A stretch of 37,202 nucleotides of DNA from Phoronis australis. Taxonomy: Eukaryota > Animalia > Phoronida. The position numbers were made by a program, and so were the translations under genes. The stretch lies in the NCBI GenBank assembly GCA_002633005.1, contig NMRA01000164.1:222365-259566 (forward strand), in the 5' to 3' direction. This document shows, in pieces, positions 13,501-22,500 of the stretch (position 1 is its first letter; each line of letters opens with the position of its first letter). The notes under the pieces were generated by a model that saw only the letters and a list, made by a program, of their open reading frames with translations, ran no database searches and was not told where the DNA came from.

Positions 13501-16500
13501 CAATATGGTCCTCCAAGACTGCATCAGCTGACTCTGTCAAAAGTCAACATATGCATTACTGATCACAAGGAAATCAAACCAACTTGCAACAAATCTATTT
13601 TACTGTGTTTCCGATATCATGGCCTTCTTGTTTCAGTGAAGATCAGAATCTGAATATTCAGGCTCCGTACTGTTTTTTCTATGCAACCAATTCATATATT
13701 CATTACTAAATTACCGGCTCTATATTTTCGCAGTAATAATTTAGAATGTGAACTATATCACTGCAAAGCTCATCAAAATAAGTCAAACATGTCATAACAG
13801 CCAAACTGACTGTAAATACGTACCTTATGACATTTATGATAGTATTTATACAACTGTGGTAGTCTGTTGATATCACTGAATATCTTCACGTAGCCTTTAG
13901 CGGTATCTACAATATTCAGTTTGGTAATTGAATAACAACTGTATCATATTGTATTAAAAATCAAGAAATACAGTGCACGCAGAAATTAATCAAACAAAAT
14001 GAGCCGAATCCATGATGATTGAAAGCAAACAGAATTCCTCATCAAACGGAGCTCACTGTCAGAGTAGCTGGAGTGACAAGCCATAACGAGTCATAATTTT
14101 TGTATCTCCACGACAGAGGAGAGTTCAATCCAGGATGGTATTATAATATACTTGAGGTTCAGTAGATTTGTAAACTGTGCTGAAGTGACCAAAATCATCA
14201 CTGCCCAGCAAAACCCTAGACCAACAAAGTGGTTTTGGTCTTTATTGACTGGTAATGAAGAGCTTGACATTCACAGAAGGTGGCGCTAGTGTAAGAATAA
14301 TCCCATGAATGCATGCATGCATTTCATTTCAGGCAGTCACGAGGGATATTTCGTACACGAATGCCCTCACGCTGCTGAGCAACTTTCTGTCCTCACTCTA
14401 TTCAGGAAAAAAGAACTTTTCCAACATTTGCACTGCTTGGTAACCTATTAAGCCACCAGTTTACTTGAATATGCGAATTGTAATGCGGTGAATGAAATAA
14501 TGGTGAAACTCCTCGGTGCTTACCGACTGAGTGCGAGTTGAAGGCAGACACTAGCTGGGGACTCAACATGGCTTCCAGGCGATTCTTTAGAGCCTCCAGA
14601 TGGCGACACCGGTCTTCATAGTCTGGCACATCAACCAATAGTTTCTGTTAAAAAATATTTTGCCTTAATTGTCCAAAGGTATAATTTTAAAGATATGATG
14701 GTAGCAATGTTTTATGATTAGTCACAAAATATGGTAAAAATAGTACCACAAGCAGATACAGGATAATATTAAGTAATCTGATACAGGTTAAAAGTATGCC
14801 TAATAAGGTTAAAGGAAATGATCAGCTTTGAATAGACACTTGAGGTAGCAAAAGGAATGTGACATAAAGACATCTTTATCTTATAAGGGCATATACTTGA
14901 AACAATGTGTCTTCACGGGATACTTTTTGCTCACAAAGTGTTTTGCACAAGCAGGTTGTCCTTAATACAGGTGCTAACATGCCAACATTATTATTACGAC
15001 TTTCTACCTAAACCACTTTGAGGAGGTGATATGGTAACATACTGTGACCACATAAATAGGCAAAAGGTTAGTATAAATAGACAAATACATTTTAGAAATG
15101 GTATGATAATAACAGATAACCCAGTCTTCACTCGTGTGTTATGTAAAACTTGTACCCTGTTCTTCATATATAGGGATAGCTTTGCATACAGGCCACATGA
15201 GCCTTAACGCACACAAATATCAGTGGGACAATAGTGACATTCACATGTGAAAATTGCCCGAGTATACCCAGTATTTTTAAGGCAAATTTTTACAAGGAAA
15301 AGAATTGTATTAAGACACAAATAAGCTGGGATTCTAAGTTTCACAACAAAATTGCAGGGTTAATGCTGCGGAAAATGATCATTGTTTACCCAAGTAAAAT
15401 TTCAAGCTACACCGCTTTTGACCAATGGCAGTCTTACAGCCTATGTTCCAACATTTATTTATTCTATTATTTATACTAACTGATTTTATCTGTCTCACAG
15501 ATGTCTTCTTATGTCCTGCCAAAAAGGGGCAGTAGAACTTACTGAGATTCTTAAATTGCATGTGCATGGGGACAAAAAATTTCATGGAATTAATGCGCGT
15601 AAATATTCCCGTGAAAATTCTGGGGTTCTCTAATACATTGAACATTACTAATCTCTGCAATGATTATGTTTATTTACCAAAAGTAAATAAAATTTTGACC
15701 AAAAAATATGGGCAACTCATTAGTGATTTACTTACTAAACTTTGCTGCATCCCAACAAGCTTTCCTGCAATCTGTAAAATGTAGAAAAAAAAAATTTTGA
15801 GAATGAACTATCGCAAATACAACTTTGCAAGACCTCTGGTGCCAAATGATCAGCAGGTGAGGTCTATTTATGCTGCTATAAATCACCACCACAGAGGTAG
15901 GTGATAAAAATAAAATCTTAAACAAAGAAAAGGCAAGATGTCTAGTAGCTTCATGTCAGTTATAATTGGAATCATACAAAACAGACATTTGTTTACTAGT
16001 AGTTTTAGTTACTGAAATATTAAAAGATCTATTGAGTGCTACATGAATGCGTAAAAATGCCAACTTCAAAATAAAATAAAACAAGAATACAGAACTTGGT
16101 TCATTAAGCCAAAACTAACATGTATTACTAAAAGAATCTTACACTGACACCCTCACCAGACGAGTTTGGGCAACTCAACTGGTTCCATAACCAAAAACTT
16201 TGGCGCTATCATTAAAGAAACCAGCCAGCATCAGCTGATGTCATCAACCTTTGGAGATTAACTTGGGTAATTAGGCACGAATTTGCTCATCATAAACATG
16301 TTTGTAAACACTCAGGGTGACAATAGTATTTTCTAAATGTCCATTTGTGAAAAGTACACAATCATGGTTAGGTTTTTGAGTTTTGAATATCGGACAGCAA
16401 ATGTGACTTTCATGACCTAAAGCAGGAAAGAAATCCACAGCCAGTATAATTTGTGCTTCTGACATTAATTTGCTGGGCGGTGCAATATAATTGACCAATT

Positions 16501-19500
16501 ACCAAGGGTCATAAACCAGCAGTTGGAAACTGAGAAAATCCAAGCGTCATCATACAATTTTGGGCATGCAGGAGCTCCATTCCGCCCACAGTATAATCAC
16601 AGGAAACAATTCATGACTCATTTGATTTTTTGAGACCATTGCAAAACCGAATCAAAGCAATGGACACTCGCCATTTTGTGAAATAGGATGTCCCAAGGTA
16701 ATAGTCATTTTACCTGAACATCCCTCAATATAACTTTTTAAAGTTGGAGAGTTAACTTATTTTTATAAGATACTGCTTTTTGCATTGGTCTTGACACATT
16801 ACAAGAAAAAATTACAAACATCGACAAAAAGTATGAAATGAACAAAAACACAAGCCACATCAGGTAATAAAGTACATAAAATGGACTCGAACATTACCAT
16901 GATATAATATAGAAGAACGCACATAAATACATAGATCGCTAATGTTAATAAAACAAGAACATGGGTATACATGGAGAAAATGAAAAATAAATACATATAA
17001 AATTACATATTTCATGACTAATAATTAGTGATAAATAAATAGTAGAACTCACAGAGTCAATATCTTGAGATTGAAAAACATCTTCCACGTCAGCTGACAA
17101 TGTGGTCCAGTTATCTGCTTCCTAAAAGTAGTGCGAAATATTGTGATATGACGTTTTGATCATGTTCACAACTGCTACAGAACATGTTCATTATCTATCA
17201 GCAAGTGTTCTTCACAAGTTATGACAAAATGTACTGATAAAGCGTAAAGTAAAACCAGTTTTCTTCATTGAATTTGAATAACAGGTGTCTAACTGGTTAT
17301 CAAAATCTGGGACCCCTGTAAGTCAATATTGCTATACAATGTACAGGTATATGGCATAAAACAATTAAATTTGTTTCCTCTCACACCACCAAATGTTAAA
17401 TACGTGACTCAAGTGTTTATATACAATTCAGTAAAATAAAATAATTTTCTCAGTTGTAAAATCAAAATAATTTCATATGAACATGCTTCGACGATGTAAA
17501 GCAGAAAATTAAATACAAATTACGTACCACGCTAGTCCCAAACAATGGAAATGAGAAAGATTGTGAATAGATAATGACTAGTTTCAGACTAGTAGATGGA
17601 GTCTTCATTTTTGTCAACAAAGAGAATAGTGCAATGTTGAGCTTACTTTCAGAGCACTGGAAGCAGCCTGCAGTCTTGACTTGATGGCATCAATCTGAAG
17701 TAACATCTGCATTGAACTGGCAGTGTCATGCTCCACCTATTGGCAACAAACGTGACAACTGCTATACTTTGGCCAGTGTAATTAAAACAACACCCCATTT
17801 ACGGTATACATGTGATCATAATATATTAATCATTAATATTTTGTGCCAAAAAGAAAACCAAAAACAGAAAAGTTTTTCATCATGTTATTGTGTAGTGAAA
17901 AGAAAGTTTCAGACCACTCAGAAATAATTCAGTAATGAATAAATGCTCAACAACATGCAGGAACATTAACTGTCAACAATGCCCTCTCTGCATGCTCAAT
18001 CTGGCGCTCATTTCATCAAAAGTATCAAGTCTTAAATCCAGTCTTAGCTCAAATGCTTGTAAGTGCATTTTTGCAAATGTGATATCTTGTCTTTCTAGAT
18101 GAGCGAAAACGTTGCAACTGACTAAAAGTTAATAATTTTTCATATTCAGATTTGTGGACTGCCTTCACAAACCAAACTGTTTGCAAATTAAAATCGAAGA
18201 TACCATCGTCTTTGCAAAAACCGAACTCATAACTTTCGATAAAAGGGTTCCCTGATAACAATTCAGCCTGTATTAATTTATAACTTGTGCAAACTTTTCA
18301 TCAACACATCACATGACAGTTATGGCAACAACAACAAACTTTACTAAATCAGAATTTTCAACACAAGAACAAAGCGCCACCTTCTGAATGTCTTGCTTTA
18401 TCAGTCTCATCTGCTCCTGTAGCAGAAGGGACTCTTGCTTCACAGCCTCAATCTCCCGCATGACTCTGAAAGCACACAAAGGGCGATAACAGATTAATCC
18501 GAACACAGACATCATTTTGTTGACTAAACCTCTTAATACGAAGTCGTTGACCTATTTAAGCAAAGTAGTTTATGGATGTTTCAAAAAAAACTTAAAATTC
18601 TTCTGAAAGATGCAGAAGCTTTCACTTCTCTGTTACTGTTCACAAAACAGGAGACAACGTACAACATTATTATGACTTTTCTCAAAATTTAGATTTCACT
18701 TGCATGAAATTGTCCTTGTTAAACATTAACCTTTCTGTTTCATTTTCATTAAAAACTTTACTAAAGAAATTTTAACACAAACTAAGTAAGTGCATATGAA
18801 AACAACGACATATTAAGACAGTGTAAAATACAAATATGGCAATTTTACAATTAGCAATTATTCATGTCCCAAACTGAAGACCTTTTACCATAAGTTACAA
18901 ACCTTGGTAAGTTCTGGATGGCTTGTTGGCTGGTTTCTTCGATGACATTGTTGACTTCTTGTATAAACATCTGCAGCTTCATAACTAGAGTAGTCGCATA
19001 TTGCTACAAAGAACACACAGTGTTTATACTTTACAAAATATATTAAACATGCTTCTAAGTTCTTTGTTATATTTGGTAAAAATAAATCTACACTAAGAAA
19101 TTTGTTTATTTGCTTTGCCAGCGTATAATTATCAACACAAAGAACTTAGGCATGGCCAACACAATGGGTCTGAAACATGTCTACTTCATTACTGTGGTGT
19201 TAATTTTTAGCAGTTTTGTTGTTGTATCTAATAGTATGCAAATAAAACACAATCAGTCTTCTTAAGGACCCTTTAAGTGGTGTTACAGCCCCACTAGTAT
19301 TACTTCTGACTACCACGACTCTCGCCCTCAAATCAGTTTTCCATTGGACACAACGAAACAATCGAGACTAGCCACAAACAACCAACCTATTTCCAATAAC
19401 ATTACTTTCGATGTATAAAATAACAAGCCATTCAATTCCAACCTATTGAGTTCCTTCTACAGCAATAATGACTTGGAAAGTTTTCTTCAAGCTCAGAAAT

Positions 19501-22500
19501 CTGAGTAAATTACGAAATCAGAATGATTTTGTAGAGGTACGATGACTTGAGCAGCGATGCATAACCACAGATGCTCACAAGAGTAAAATCGGAAAAGTGG
19601 GGTTAACTTCTTCCTGTAATCATCATACGCAAGCCATCATGAACTAAATTGCCCAAGGCCAGGTGTTCTATTCATAACTAATGTCTACAGATGCATAGGG
19701 CTCAGACTAAGCAATCATGCCTTCAGTGCATATTGAACAAAACAATTCTTAACTGAGGTCACACATTTGTAATTTTTTGAAAATGACAAGTAAAAAGTTA
19801 TTATAAATGTTCTTTGTTACTTTCATATTTCTTTAAGTTTGTTTTGACTACATAACAATACATATCATGCCTTCCGCATCTCTGGAAGAGTACCAAAACA
19901 AGATTGACCTTCTTTAATAGTGATGTCACGCTGAACTGTTCAATATTAAGAGAAATGCTAATTGAAGGTGTTGTTTTTTGTCCATTTGATGACTGTTAAT
20001 TGATTGATTTTTTGTGCTAGTTATGAATCTGGAAATATCTTCCAAGTGGTTGTTGTGTTGTTTACCAGCAATGTTCACAGACAGGCTAGATCTTATCAAT
20101 ATCACGGTTTGTAAGCCATGGTGGGTTTGGCAGACTTGTTAGGAAAGTCACGAACTAACACTGCTGAACAGATACTAACCATCTCACTATTGGTCGGCTT
20201 GTCATGGTGGTTTGTTGGCCTTAGAACAGGTTTTGGACACACTCACATACTCATGCCACCATGACTTACCCTACTCCACTACCTTTGCTGCCTATTGCAA
20301 ATTCACCATGAAAAAATAGCAACTTGACTTAAACTCCATTCAAATTTGCTGAGCAAACTCACAATTGAAAAATGTTCAGTTTACAACACAATAAGCCCAC
20401 TAAATGGAATGAAATTTTCTCAAATTCTCAACAGTTACACCTTTCAAGAACAGTTTTCTTTGTTGCTCAGATGGTCTGTAAAGTACAGCTGCCATCAAAC
20501 GGGATATGACAAAAATTGAGCACCACCAGCAATGTACTTTAAGTCTTTAAAATAGAAAAATAGTATATCTAACTACTTTTGTCACAAATTGGAGAATTAT
20601 TACTAAAAGTACGCAAACCAAATGGCAACTCACATCTTTGTTGGCATTGTCCTTTTGAGCACGGAAGGCAACATTCACCCACTCCTTGACATCAAAGTCT
20701 TCGTCAAGAAACTTGGAGTAATCCTGAAACAGTAACACATAACTGATCACCAAAAGTTTATTGTAATATGGCATATATGTGAATTTTTTATTTTTCATTT
20801 TTTTCATGGAAGACAAGAAGAACCAAATAATTTTTCCATCATGTTTAAGCTCTATAACAAAGTCACCATCTGACAATATTTTAAGAAATTCTGGGCATTC
20901 AAATTTCTCAATAATGTTAGAAGCCTATGGAAATTGAAAAATAGTCAATTTTGGCAATTATTTGGGTAATTATCACTTGCCCTTATTGCATTGAATGGGG
21001 GTGTTGTTTATTACTTAAAGTGTGTTGACTGATAGACGTATTAAATGCACAATAACTTAGACAACATTCAGGGCCTTAGATAGGTGTTCCTGATAAAGAG
21101 ATGTGATTTAATTTTGACGACAGTGGCTCTTATACATATCCCTTCAGATGAAGTATAAGGTGCTGTGAGACTGAACAAGTTCCTAATGTCTGAGGTGATA
21201 CTTATATCCCTGGCCAAAAATGAAACTCATGTTTAAACCATTAGCTAGAACTGTGCCTCATTGTCTTTAGTACTATATGGTCCATATCTATATCTCATCT
21301 GGTAAAAGTCTATTAGTGCCCAAATTACACCCTAACCACCTGTTTAGCACCAAGGAATTTCAAGGAATTCCAGCTGTATAGAGTGCCTAGAGGGAAATTA
21401 TTTTTGGGATCATTACTGCGCCACCTGCATTCCTCCAGCTATCGGTGCAACTGCACCCACAGCATTACAAGAAACTGGTGCAACCCAAACTGATACAGTG
21501 CGTAACATTTTGACTTGTCCTGGTATGCCAAATAAATGACTGTGCCCAATTGAAGCTACCCTGTGTTCCCGTCGGCTGAGATCAAAATTCTCCTGCTTTA
21601 TCAGTCACAGACTTGCAGCCCTCACTTCACAGGGCAAAGAATCTTCTTCACAGTGGGAAATGTATGGAACATGATGTTCTCCATACATATCCATGGATAT
21701 TTTAAGAGGTTTGTCTTTAAGACATCAGTACTCCTCACTGCACATCAGTGGATATTTGCCAGCATTATGATAGCAAGAAAGGCATCCGCATTACTTGGGA
21801 TCTGTAGGTGGCGCTGAATGCCTGCCTACCAAAGATCTGATTGCTGGGATAGTGTATTTCAATATGGCAAAGCTATTTTGAGAGTTAGCAATAGTTGCCC
21901 TGTCGATCTATATAGGGCTGTGTGTCTGTGCTGTGGGCAATGAGTTCAAAGGCTTTCACAAGGTAAAAATACACCTGGTGGAAATGGCGAAAAGCATTGT
22001 GTCGCTCTGCCCATCTTGCTTTACATGAGTCTATTAATAACGACTTTTGTTGCCATCTATCGGACGTGTCAGACTAATTCACAATGATTGTCTTTTGCCC
22101 TTTTGGAGAATTTCAGGGTGACCCATCTGATTGCTGAGTATCGGACTGCTGTGAATCTATTGGATTCATATAACGTGTGTATCCACAGGCACAGAAATGA
22201 ACCCCTACCATTTCTTCCACCTTCTTTTTAACTTGAGCTGACCACAGAGCTGCCCACAATATTATGTAGGTTTGCTGCGAGCTGACAACTTTCCTTGAGT
22301 ATTTTAATGACAGCAGATAAGTATTCATTTACAGCAGTTACGGGCTTGTGCCAGAACTCTTTGCCTTTGCTTTACTTAGTTAGTTAGGCTACTGTGTCTC
22401 TACTCCAGGGCTAGACTTTTGCTAGGCAATGACCATCGCCTCTGTTGGCCCGAACCAGAGGCGATGCAGCTCCTATAGGCGCTCCATACGCCGGAAGCTT

